A stretch of 24,640 nucleotides of DNA from Candidatus Heimdallarchaeota archaeon (GTDB taxonomy: Archaea > Asgardarchaeota > Heimdallarchaeia > Heimdallarchaeales > Heimdallarchaeaceae), in NCBI GenBank assembly GCA_021399395.1, contig JAAFKJ010000148.1, positions 1 through 24,640 on the forward strand, read 5' to 3'. The notes under the pieces were generated by a model, which ran no database searches, was not told the DNA's origin, and saw only the letters and a list, made by a program, of their open reading frames with translations. A program made the translations under genes and the position numbers. Shown here one piece after another: positions 16,423-24,640 of the stretch (position 1 is the first letter of the stretch; every line of letters begins with the position of its first letter).

Positions 16423-16887
16423 ATGTCATCGTACTCACTCGTTCAGGAAAATCTTTTAGATTTAGGATTGGTATCAGTAAAATTCGATTTGCAGCTTGGT
16501 CCTATGGTTATGAACAATCATTCAGATTTGCCAGAAGATCTCTTAATGAAACTGGCAATAAAAGGGACATCAACTTTGATGAATGGTTTAGGATATGACT
16601 TCTCAAACTCTAGAAGGTTTAGAGGGTTATTCCAATTATCCGAGGATTATTTTGTATATGGTTTTGATTTGGTACTTATTGATGACCAAGGTGATGAAGG
16701 GGGTTTTTCTCCCGTTATCCTTTTTTTGGTTTTTCCTACAAAATCTTTGCCACTAATAGGTTCTAATATCCGTTCAATTGAAGAAACGATTTATCAATCA
16801 ACTCGTTCATTCTTAACACTATCAAACATGGTCACAAATTTTGATACATCTCTCCTATTCTCAATTCAAGATATTTTAGCACGATAA
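16423..16887 (+). CDS. Longin/uDENN-like domain protein (putative eukaryotic signature protein)
   Basis: Hydrophobic strand + FDLQLGP + strand, helix, three strands (FVYGFDLVL, VILFLVF), then helices. This matches longin topology with the F-x4-GP turn of uDENN domains. Fold call is by eye. Confidence 0.65.
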   Translation: MSSYSLVQENLLDLGLVSVKFDLQLGPMVMNNHSDLPEDLLMKLAIKGTSTLMNGLGYDFSNSRRFRGLFQLSEDYFVYGFDLVLIDDQGDEGGFSPVILFLVFPTKSLPLIGSNIRSIEETIYQSTRSFLTLSNMVTNFDTSLLFSIQDILAR

Positions 16888-17020
16888 CCAATCAACACAT
16901 TCTACCACTTTTGAACTAGATTTCCTATTCAATTTTCTCTGATTTTTTTCTACTAGGGGAAAAATAACCTATTTATAGGCTTATGAGCTATATGGAAGAT
17001 AACAACCCAAAGTTGATTTT

Positions 17021-19294
17021 ATGAGTGAAAAAGAAATAATTGAAGAACCAATTAAAAAAAGGAAATGGAGTTTTTGGGGATATGGCCTTCTTTTCTTCAC
17101 AGTATTTTACGTTGCACTAATGTTTATACTTGAGGCAGCACTTCAACCAAGGGAAAGTATGACGGCAACCATTGTTGCTTACATAATTGGTATTATAGGA
17201 TTAGCGATTTTTGCAGGTCTTGTTAGAGACAAATCAAGAGTTCTAATATCAATACCACTTCTCTTGATAATTGTGTTTGGTACTGGCTATCTGTTTAATT
17301 ATGTAGCAGAAGCGCCAGTGTATAACCCCTTAGCTCCAGTTTCAGAACGTACAGGAACACTCCTTGAAACAGTACAAGTTCTAAATGACTCGGAGTTGAT
17401 TGCAGATGAATTACCTCCTGAATTCAATCCTGAAACTATAGAATTATGGAGCCAATTTGCTTTTGTTATCGATTTAATAATAGCATTGCCGTTGTTTATT
17501 TTCGGCACGCTGTCATTGACGTGGCTTGTACAGATATTCACGTCAGCGTTAAAGATATTGACAATCTTGAGCATATTCTTTGCACTAGTTTTCTTCCTGA
17601 TTGGTCTAGTCGTAACGCCATTCGTTCATCTATTGTTTTCAAGCTTCATAATACTTGGAAGTGATCTTCTTCCAGGAGCACTATATGTGATGGAAGGAAT
17701 ATCAATATTCCAAGGAGATTTTGGAAGTCTGACGCAGGCAGAAATAGATGAGGCGATGGCGGCGTTTTATAATGCGTCGTTCTACTTTAACCAAGCCGCT
17801 ATTAATCTAGATGGATTACAAAAAGCGGGAATAATAGGTTTTGCACAGATGATACCCGTGCTAGGAACAGTTGTTTCTAATCTCTATTGGTTTTCATTAG
17901 CAGCATTACATCTGTCTTCAGGCTTAGGTCCATTTGCAAATGGAACATTCTATATTATGAATGGTCTTCAAGATGCGATGGATATGCTAGAATGGAGCTC
18001 ACCGATGCCATTATCAGTAGATGGGGAATCTGTGAAAAAATCACCTGGAATAAATGAAACCTTGTTCAATGAAGCTATTGATGTGGTAGAAACGGGTTTA
18101 GAGGTACTGGGTGATAGTACAAATTCCATCCAACAAGCATTAGATGATTTAGATAATGTCTCCTTAGAGGATGTAATAGGTAACATAACAAAGATTCCAG
18201 GAGTTCCTGCTGAAGAAATTGAAGCTGTTTTAGAATACATGACTGTAATTGAAGAATATATAGCAATGTTTGAAGGCGGATTAGAAGTAATCTCAGTTCT
18301 ACTTGATAAACCAGAAATCAGTCCTGGTGTGGAAAGTGATTATGCTACATTGAGCCATTTCTTATATGGGTCATACAACCTATATAAGGCAAAAGAAAAA
18401 ATCAATGCTACCATGAATTTCAAAGACACAGAAGAGAATTTCATGAATTCGTATGGAAACTTCTCGTTAGTTCAAACTCAACTTCACCAACCGGAAATTG
18501 AGGCTGTAGCAACATCAGATACACCTTTCTTAAACGCAACTGTTATGTTTCTAACTGATATGGTAGATATTGGTGTGCCTTTATGTGCTTTAGGATATGA
18601 AATGGCATCGAATTTCTACGCATTAGAGGACACTTTGAATGTATTCGATGGCCAAGATTACGAAGATATCTCAAATTATCCAGTTTTGATAAGTTCACTT
18701 GATAGTTTGCGAACAGCAGTCAATAGTATGTCTGGTAATGCATCACTAGTAGAAACAAGCTCTAATAATATGGAAGCAAAAGCCGCTGCTAATTCCTATG
18801 GGATATTGAATAATTTAGCAGTTATATTTACATCTTTAACGTCCGAATTTGGATTTGTTGAATACGTAGTAAACGCTGGCTATGTGGCAAATTCATTCTA
18901 CTATATGTTTGTAGGAATAATGCATTTGAGTTTTGTAGCTGGGAATATAACCCAAGGTCAATCAGATTTCCTAGGGGCAAATTATGCTACAGCAAACACT
19001 AGTTTCCAGAATGCACAATCAAGCTTAGATTCTTCTATATCTAATTTGAATCAATCAATTTCATATATGAATGATGCAGTAAATGTTGGGGGAATGACAC
19101 ACCTACAAGTGACTCTTGATGCTTTAACAACAGTACGCGACAGCCTTCTGGATATTCAAACAGATTTGGATACTATAATGGTATTGATGGCTGATCCAGT
19201 AGCAAATGGAGTTGCTATAGGTAATTTGTTAACTGATATGTTAAATGATTTAGCAAACGTGAATACTGATTTACAAGATATCACTGCTCAATAA
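17021..19294 (+). CDS. Large membrane protein: ~5 N-terminal TM helices plus ~540-aa acidic alpha-helical extracellular region
   Basis: 757-aa ORF with hydrophobic segments in the first ~215 aa and 13 N-x-S/T sequons. No family recognised with confidence. Confidence 0.85.
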   Translation: MSEKEIIEEPIKKRKWSFWGYGLLFFTVFYVALMFILEAALQPRESMTATIVAYIIGIIGLAIFAGLVRDKSRVLISIPLLLIIVFGTGYLFNYVAEAPVYNPLAPVSERTGTLLETVQVLNDSELIADELPPEFNPETIELWSQFAFVIDLIIALPLFIFGTLSLTWLVQIFTSALKILTILSIFFALVFFLIGLVVTPFVHLLFSSFIILGSDLLPGALYVMEGISIFQGDFGSLTQAEIDEAMAAFYNASFYFNQAAINLDGLQKAGIIGFAQMIPVLGTVVSNLYWFSLAALHLSSGLGPFANGTFYIMNGLQDAMDMLEWSSPMPLSVDGESVKKSPGINETLFNEAIDVVETGLEVLGDSTNSIQQALDDLDNVSLEDVIGNITKIPGVPAEEIEAVLEYMTVIEEYIAMFEGGLEVISVLLDKPEISPGVESDYATLSHFLYGSYNLYKAKEKINATMNFKDTEENFMNSYGNFSLVQTQLHQPEIEAVATSDTPFLNATVMFLTDMVDIGVPLCALGYEMASNFYALEDTLNVFDGQDYEDISNYPVLISSLDSLRTAVNSMSGNASLVETSSNNMEAKAAANSYGILNNLAVIFTSLTSEFGFVEYVVNAGYVANSFYYMFVGIMHLSFVAGNITQGQSDFLGANYATANTSFQNAQSSLDSSISNLNQSISYMNDAVNVGGMTHLQVTLDALTTVRDSLLDIQTDLDTIMVLMADPVANGVAIGNLLTDMLNDLANVNTDLQDITAQ

Positions 19295-19296
19295 AC

Positions 19297-19322
19297 CTTC
19301 TCTCTTTTTTTTCTTTTATTTT
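19297..19322 (+). terminator. Pyrimidine/oligo-T archaeal terminator
   Basis: CTTCTCTCTTTTTTTCTTTTATTTT directly after the stop at 19294. Confidence 0.55.
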
Positions 19323-19423
19323 CCACTATAAGAATCGACCTTAATTCAATTGCCTAAAGAGAATAACTTTTTATTAAAAAAACATCTATTGAATTAGTAA
19401 ATTTCATAGGTAAGGGTACTACT

Positions 19424-20758
19424 ATGAGTAATGTTTTCCTAGGATACGATCACAGTAAAGGAGATTTCCAAGAGATAAAGGACCAATCTAAATACCAAAC
19501 TATGCTAGATACTGAATCTGGTGAAATAGCCAGAAAATTGTCTGGATTGGGGTTAGATGGGCTTTTGCTTTTCAATCGCGAAAAAGAAGAATGGCATCTT
19601 ATTTTTGGTAGCCATCTCGGTCTTGTAGCTCAGAGAACAGGAAGAAGAATAGCTGATACAATCAGCAGATCCGGTTTCATGTTAGCTTCAGGAGAACGAG
19701 CTGGTACAAAATGTAGATTAGAACAAATAACAGACGACAATATTGGTGACTTACACAAAACAGTTCAAGAGAAATATATAGACACTGATCTTGGTGGTTT
19801 TCAAGGAGATTCAAGACAAGATTCTTTCCCACGAAAAGTAGGTTCACAGGATGTGCCACCACAAAAAGGCGTTCCTGTTGTAACACCTGAACCAGTAGCA
19901 GATCAGAAACTTATGCCTCCTCAAGATGTATACGAACCTAAACCGGTATATGAACCAACACATGAACCAGCTATTGAAGAACCAGTAGCTGAACCTGAAC
20001 CTCAAACTGTTATATTTACAGAACCAGAACCAATTCCAAGACATGAACCTGTTATTGAAGAACCAGTAGCTGAACCTGAGCCACCAGCAAAAACTTACGT
20101 TGAACCTGTTGTTGAACCTATAATAGAGCCAGAAGTAAGTGAGGAACCAGTTATAGAAATATACACCGAGATAGTTGACGATCCTGAACCTGTTGTTGAA
20201 GAAGCAGTTAGAGAAACAGTTGAGGAAGTCGTCGAGGAAGTTGTTGAAGAGATAACTGAAGCTGTAGCTGACGCTGTAGCCGAAGAGATTTCAGACGAAA
20301 CTGTTGCAGATATGGTACAAGAAGCAATAGAGGAGAAATCTGAAGAGATTATTTCCCAAGTTTCCGCAGAAGTAACTGATAAGGTAATGGAAGAAGTTGC
20401 TGAAGAAATAGCAGATGCTGTCGAAGATGTTATTGAAGAAGATAAATCTCTTGAAGAAGTTGTTGAAGGGATTGTCGAGGAAGTTATTGAAGAAGTCGCA
20501 GAAGAAGTAACTGAAGCAGTCGAAGAGATAGTCGAAGATGCAATGGAAGATATTGTTGAAGAAGTTCTTGTAGAAACAGTTGAAGAAATAGGCGAAGAAA
20601 AAGCTGAACACATTGCAGAAGACGTTGTCGAAGGTGTTATAGAACAGGTTACTGAGGAAGCAGTCGAAGAGATTGTAGAAGAAAAAGCTGATGCAATAAC
20701 TGACGCGGTTGAAGACGCAGTTAAAGAAGAATTAAACAAAGAATCTGAAGAATTATAA
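19424..20758 (+). CDS. Hypothetical protein: globular N-terminal domain (possibly gelsolin-like), Pro/Glu linker, hyper-acidic repetitive C-terminus
   Basis: 444-aa ORF with upstream AGGTAAGGG. Three compositionally distinct segments. Confidence 0.85.
   Translation: MSNVFLGYDHSKGDFQEIKDQSKYQTMLDTESGEIARKLSGLGLDGLLLFNREKEEWHLIFGSHLGLVAQRTGRRIADTISRSGFMLASGERAGTKCRLEQITDDNIGDLHKTVQEKYIDTDLGGFQGDSRQDSFPRKVGSQDVPPQKGVPVVTPEPVADQKLMPPQDVYEPKPVYEPTHEPAIEEPVAEPEPQTVIFTEPEPIPRHEPVIEEPVAEPEPPAKTYVEPVVEPIIEPEVSEEPVIEIYTEIVDDPEPVVEEAVRETVEEVVEEVVEEITEAVADAVAEEISDETVADMVQEAIEEKSEEIISQVSAEVTDKVMEEVAEEIADAVEDVIEEDKSLEEVVEGIVEEVIEEVAEEVTEAVEEIVEDAMEDIVEEVLVETVEEIGEEKAEHIAEDVVEGVIEQVTEEAVEEIVEEKADAITDAVEDAVKEELNKESEEL
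19972..20079 (+). repeat. Exact 27-nt intragenic direct repeat (IEEPVAEPE), copies at 19972-19998 and 20053-20079
   Basis: TATTGAAGAACCAGTAGCTGAACCTGA occurs twice, 81 nt apart and in frame. Confidence 0.9.
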
Positions 20759-20764
20759 GAATCT

Positions 20765-20786
20765 TCATTCTTTTTATTTATTTTTT
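20765..20786 (+). terminator. Oligo-T terminator
   Basis: TCATTCTTTTTATTTTATTTTTT after the stop at 20758. Confidence 0.5.
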
Positions 20787-20824
20787 ACAAAATCCATTTA
20801 AAGAAAAATAATCATTTTGTTTTA

Positions 20825-21847
20825 ATGTCTGATAGAGTATTGACGATTCTTGCAGGAGGGTCTTCACGACGATTTCAAAGTAAGGAAGGTCAATGGTCAG
20901 ATAAAGCGTTAATGGATTACAATGATAAACCATTGTTGGTTCATCTCATAGAAGAATGTAGAGGAATTTATGATGAAATTGGGATCTCTCTCAACTCGAA
21001 AGCGAGAAAGAAAACCTATTCGAAAATAATCAAATCATATGTCTCTAGTACATCTATTGAATATATTGTTGATTCAACAAAAGTTACATTTGAGGGTGTT
21101 TTAAAAGGAATTCAATCTACAATGAACTATTTTATGAATAAAGAAATACAGTTTGTTCCCTCTGATAGACCTCATCTATTATTCAAGATCTCAGATATGT
21201 TAGAAGTTAAACCGAATGGCGTAAGTGTCTTCAAGTATTCAGATGGGATGATAGAACCATTACTGGCTTTATATGGTTCAAATTCAAGAATTCCTTCACA
21301 GTTTCTCAATCTACCTTTGTCGAGAGCTGATGTTCCAATTCGTCTTGCACAATCTATTCAAACTTATAATATTGATGAATTGATTGAAAAGAATGCTCTT
21401 TCTCTTAGCATTTTTGCGAATATTAATGTTCAAGTGGATGTGAATGAGGAGATCGCAAAACATGATATCCCAGCCAATTTAGATATGCCCTCTCCTGATA
21501 CCATTGTGAGGAAAGTTATACCCATTCTAGATAATCAAAATATCAGTGAGGACATATTTGATTCTTTTAGTATTTTAATGGAGAAAGAACATTTCTATGC
21601 TGCTTACTTGTGGGTTTTATCATCATTAAATAATAAGCAAATAGATTCAAAACTGTTCAAAGAACTTGGAAAGGAAGCTCTTCTAAAGGAAAAAGATTAT
21701 TGGAAGAACAACGATATTTCTCTTCTTGAACTACATGCTTTACAAGATTTAGTTTTCATTTTTCCAGAAGAACAAACCAAGGAAAATATGCGTTCTATGA
21801 TACAATTAAAAGAAAAAATGAAAATAAAACCCAGAAGAGTGAATTAA
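20825..21847 (+). CDS. mobA: MobA-like molybdenum cofactor guanylyltransferase (NTP transferase) with C-terminal helical extension
   Basis: ILAGGSSRRF...DKAL, GVLKGI, PSDRP, IEPLLALY and FANIN. Adjacent to a bis-MGD enzyme gene. Confidence 0.75.
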   Translation: MSDRVLTILAGGSSRRFQSKEGQWSDKALMDYNDKPLLVHLIEECRGIYDEIGISLNSKARKKTYSKIIKSYVSSTSIEYIVDSTKVTFEGVLKGIQSTMNYFMNKEIQFVPSDRPHLLFKISDMLEVKPNGVSVFKYSDGMIEPLLALYGSNSRIPSQFLNLPLSRADVPIRLAQSIQTYNIDELIEKNALSLSIFANINVQVDVNEEIAKHDIPANLDMPSPDTIVRKVIPILDNQNISEDIFDSFSILMEKEHFYAAYLWVLSSLNNKQIDSKLFKELGKEALLKEKDYWKNNDISLLELHALQDLVFIFPEEQTKENMRSMIQLKEKMKIKPRRVN

Positions 21848-21858
21848 ACTCTCTGGAT

Positions 21859-24573
21859 TTATTCTTTTGAGACTTTAATAGCACATACTTTGAATTCAGG
21901 TATTTTTGCTAGAGGATCTAAAGCGTCGTTTGTGAGTAGATTTGCAGCAGATTCCTTGAAGTGGAAAGACATGAATACCAGACCCTCTTGAATCTTATCA
22001 GTGACTTTAGCAACTGTGGTAAGTTTACCTCGTCGAGATTCTATCTGAATTTTATCTCCATCCTTGATACCTAATTTTTCTGCATCTTTTGAGTTGATTT
22101 GGCTTCTTTCAATAGGTCTTCTTTCGTGCAGTCCCTTGGATCTTCTAGACATCTCTCCAGTATGGAAGTGATATAAAATACGACCTGTTGTAAGCATGAA
22201 CGGATACTCTTCATCTGGTAATTCTGCAGGGTCGATATAGGAAATAGTATGGAATTTTCCTTTTCCTCTACTGAATTCTTCTTGATGTAGGATTTTAGTT
22301 CCTTGATGATTCTTATCTTTACAAGGCCATTGTAATCCAACTTTCTCAATTCTATCAAAACTCACTCCTGCATAAATAGGTGACAATGAAGAAATTTCAT
22401 CCATTATTTCACTTGGATGCTTGTAATCTGCTGGAATATCAAATCGATTTAGAAACTCTTGTAATATTACCCAATCGTCTTTTCTTTCACCAATAGGCTC
22501 AATGGCCTTTCGAACTCTCTGAACTCTTCTCTCAGTATTAGTAAATGTTCCATCCTTCTCAGCAAAAGAAACACCGGGAAGAACAACATCAGCATACTTG
22601 GCAGTTTCTGTTAGAAAGATATCTTGAACAACTAGAAATTCTAATTTATCAAGAGCCTCACGTACATGATTAACGTTTGGATCACTTAGGGCAGGATTTT
22701 CTCCCATTATGTAAATACCGCGGATATCTCCATCATAAGCCGCATTCATTATTTCAACAACTGTCAAACCGTTTTTATCATCAAGATTAGAGACATTCCA
22801 AGCCTTCTCGAATTTTGCTTTAATCTCGGGATCAGTAACTTTTTGATATCCCGGATAAACATTGGGAAGACCACCTAAATCACAGGAACCTTGAACATTG
22901 TTTTGCCCTCTCAAAGGATTAACTCCGGCACCAGGACGACCAATATTGCCAGTTAACATAGCAAGATTTGCTAGAGATAAGACGTTATCAGTACCAGTAG
23001 TGTGTTGAGTGATACCCATGGAATAAACGATAGAAGCTGTTTTAGCTGCCGCATACATTCGGGCTGCTTTTTTAACTTCTTCAACCTCTAGATTAGCTAT
23101 TTTACATAAAACATCTAATGGTGTTGTTTCTAACCCCTTCTTGTATTCTTCAAATCCTTCAGTTCTCTCTTTAATGAAGTTTTCATTGTGAATATTTTCG
23201 TCAAGAATAACTTTCATGAAAGCGTTGATTAGAGCCACATCAGAGCCAGGCTTTTGTTGTAGGTATATTTCAGAATAATCAACAAGCTCAATCTTTCTTG
23301 GATCTGCAACTATAAGTTTGGATTTTCCTGTAATTACAGCTTGTTTAATCTTCATTCCTATAACAGGATGGGCTTCTGTTGTGTTACTACCTATAATAAA
23401 AATGACTTCTGCATCATTTGTTAAATCATGTATGCTATTTGTCATAGCTCCAGAACCAAAGGCTCTTGCAAGACCTGTGACTGTTGAAGCGTGACACAAT
23501 CTAGCGCAATGATCAACATTATTTGTACCAATACCAGCTCGAGCAAGTTTCTGCATAAGATAATTTTCCTCGTTTGTACATTTTGCAGAAGCAAGAAAAG
23601 CTAAGGAATCTGGACCACTTTCATCTTTGATTGTTTTGAGTTTCTTTTCTATTAAATCGTAAGCTTCATCCCATGTAGCTTCAACAAGCTCACCATTCTT
23701 CTTGATTAATGGAGTATTTAATCTGTCAGGGTGATTAACAAAATCCCAACCAAAACGTCCTTTGACACATAAAGCTATCCCATTAACAACATTGTTGAGA
23801 TTGGAATCAACAAAAGAAATGGTATTGGCATCCTGATTAGCTAGTATATCGAAATTACATCCAACACCACAGTATGAGCAGACAGTTGTTGTTTTGGTTA
23901 GTTCCTCACAAAATTCTGAATGTTTCATATGGTGACTGGAAAGCGCTCCAGAAGGACACAAGGCAACACAATTACCACATGCAACACATCCTGAGGATTC
24001 GAAACTGACTTCGTCATTAGGAAATGGAAAGCCATCAAATTTACCTCTTTCCATGTTTAGAACCTTACAAACTTGAAGTTCTTGGGTTACTCTTACACAC
24101 AAACCACATTTAACACAAACACTGGAATCAAAGGAGAAGAATTCATTATTCTCTCTATAATAAACTTCAACAGCTTCTTTCTCAATGGGCTCTTCTTCAG
24201 CTAGATATTTCTCTTCTAGAACTTTAATCTTACAGCTTTGTCCTGTTCCACAAACTGAGCAATCATCTGAATGTGATTTGGCCATTTTTTTGATTAAAGC
24301 AGTTCTTGTTTTGACGATCCTCTCTGAATCAGTTCTAATAATAGCGTTAGGTTTAGCGAGTTCCTTACATGAAGCAACAACTTTTGATGTGCCATCAATC
24401 TCTTGTTCGACAACACAAACCCTGCATTTCCCTGCAGGTTCTATTTCGGGATGATGACAGACAGTAGGTATCTCAAATCCATTTCTTGTTGCAATGGTAA
24501 GATAGGTTTCGTTAGAATAACCTTCAACTTCTTTACCATCAATAATAATCTTAATCTTCTCTTTATTTGACAT
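21859..24573 (-). CDS. fdhF: Formate dehydrogenase alpha subunit (Mo/W-bis-MGD, cysteine-ligand type, NuoG-like N-terminal Fe-S module)
   Basis: 2Fe-2S motif (CHHP...GKCRVC...ASC), H-x3-C-x2-C-x5-C, two ferredoxin 4Fe-4S motifs, CSYCGVGC...CVKGRF, active site DHCARLCHAS, PLRGQNNVQG, C-terminal PEFKVCA. RBS GGTGA. Confidence 0.95.
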   Translation of the reverse strand: MSNKEKIKIIIDGKEVEGYSNETYLTIATRNGFEIPTVCHHPEIEPAGKCRVCVVEQEIDGTSKVVASCKELAKPNAIIRTDSERIVKTRTALIKKMAKSHSDDCSVCGTGQSCKIKVLEEKYLAEEEPIEKEAVEVYYRENNEFFSFDSSVCVKCGLCVRVTQELQVCKVLNMERGKFDGFPFPNDEVSFESSGCVACGNCVALCPSGALSSHHMKHSEFCEELTKTTTVCSYCGVGCNFDILANQDANTISFVDSNLNNVVNGIALCVKGRFGWDFVNHPDRLNTPLIKKNGELVEATWDEAYDLIEKKLKTIKDESGPDSLAFLASAKCTNEENYLMQKLARAGIGTNNVDHCARLCHASTVTGLARAFGSGAMTNSIHDLTNDAEVIFIIGSNTTEAHPVIGMKIKQAVITGKSKLIVADPRKIELVDYSEIYLQQKPGSDVALINAFMKVILDENIHNENFIKERTEGFEEYKKGLETTPLDVLCKIANLEVEEVKKAARMYAAAKTASIVYSMGITQHTTGTDNVLSLANLAMLTGNIGRPGAGVNPLRGQNNVQGSCDLGGLPNVYPGYQKVTDPEIKAKFEKAWNVSNLDDKNGLTVVEIMNAAYDGDIRGIYIMGENPALSDPNVNHVREALDKLEFLVVQDIFLTETAKYADVVLPGVSFAEKDGTFTNTERRVQRVRKAIEPIGERKDDWVILQEFLNRFDIPADYKHPSEIMDEISSLSPIYAGVSFDRIEKVGLQWPCKDKNHQGTKILHQEEFSRGKGKFHTISYIDPAELPDEEYPFMLTTGRILYHFHTGEMSRRSKGLHERRPIERSQINSKDAEKLGIKDGDKIQIESRRGKLTTVAKVTDKIQEGLVFMSFHFKESAANLLTNDALDPLAKIPEFKVCAIKVSKE

Positions 24574-24623
24574 TTCTTTTCACCAGAAAAGGTAATATAC
24601 ACTTGGATTTCGATACTAGGAGG

Positions 24624-24640
24624 AAATAAAAAGTCTTTCG
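24624..24640 (-). promoter_or_regulatory. BRE-TATA promoter upstream of the fdh alpha gene
   Basis: Minus strand CGAAAGACTTTTTATTT about 50 nt upstream of the ATG. Confidence 0.55.

Noticed and set aside
20095-20739. 214-aa Ser/Thr-rich minus-strand ORF resembling a mucin, and the Phe-rich ORF at 20291-20611
   Set aside because: Artefacts of reading the GAA/GTT-rich acidic repeat gene in antisense.
23490-23520. Possible selenocysteine at the FDH active site
   Set aside because: The ligand codon is TGT (Cys; ARLCHAS) and the ORF has no in-frame TGA.
1059-24454. Remaining short ORFs nested in or antisense to long genes (e.g. 1059-1400, 1966-2211, 4026-4277, 5930-6316, 8882-9172, 12497-12820, 16395-16598, 17299-18266, 22071-22358, 24185-24454)
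   Set aside because: They overlap well-supported genes almost entirely and show no recognisable motifs.

Overview
An AT-rich archaeal chromosome segment, most likely from an Asgard archaeon (Heimdallarchaeia-like). This placement is inferred from gene content: archaeal Lsm-rpl37e and rpl11/secE/spt5, a longin/uDENN-like protein, an SCP2 fusion, and bacterial-type PlsY/DegV. The window holds about 22 protein genes, including rpl37e and a partial gene at the left edge that the ORF track missed. It also has four tRNAs with encoded CCA: Ala-GGC, Pro-TGG, Glu-TTC with a 31-nt intron, and Leu-TAG. No mobile element or CRISPR array was seen. The most striking unannotated signal is a 67-nt box C/D guide RNA on the minus strand at 6954-7020. 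By the D+5 rule its two guides point to the peptidyl-transferase centre of the large-subunit rRNA (E. coli-equivalent G2446 and C2498), and its D' guide is nearly identical to the eukaryotic snR38/SNORD1 guide. A second theme is a loose group of bacterial-type fatty-acid/ester-lipid genes: PlsY, DegV/FakB, a lipase-like hydrolase and an SCP2-fused enoate reductase. A third is a run of Asgard-type unknown proteins: longin-like, a glycosylated 5-TM helical protein, and a putative gelsolin-like domain with a hyper-acidic tail.
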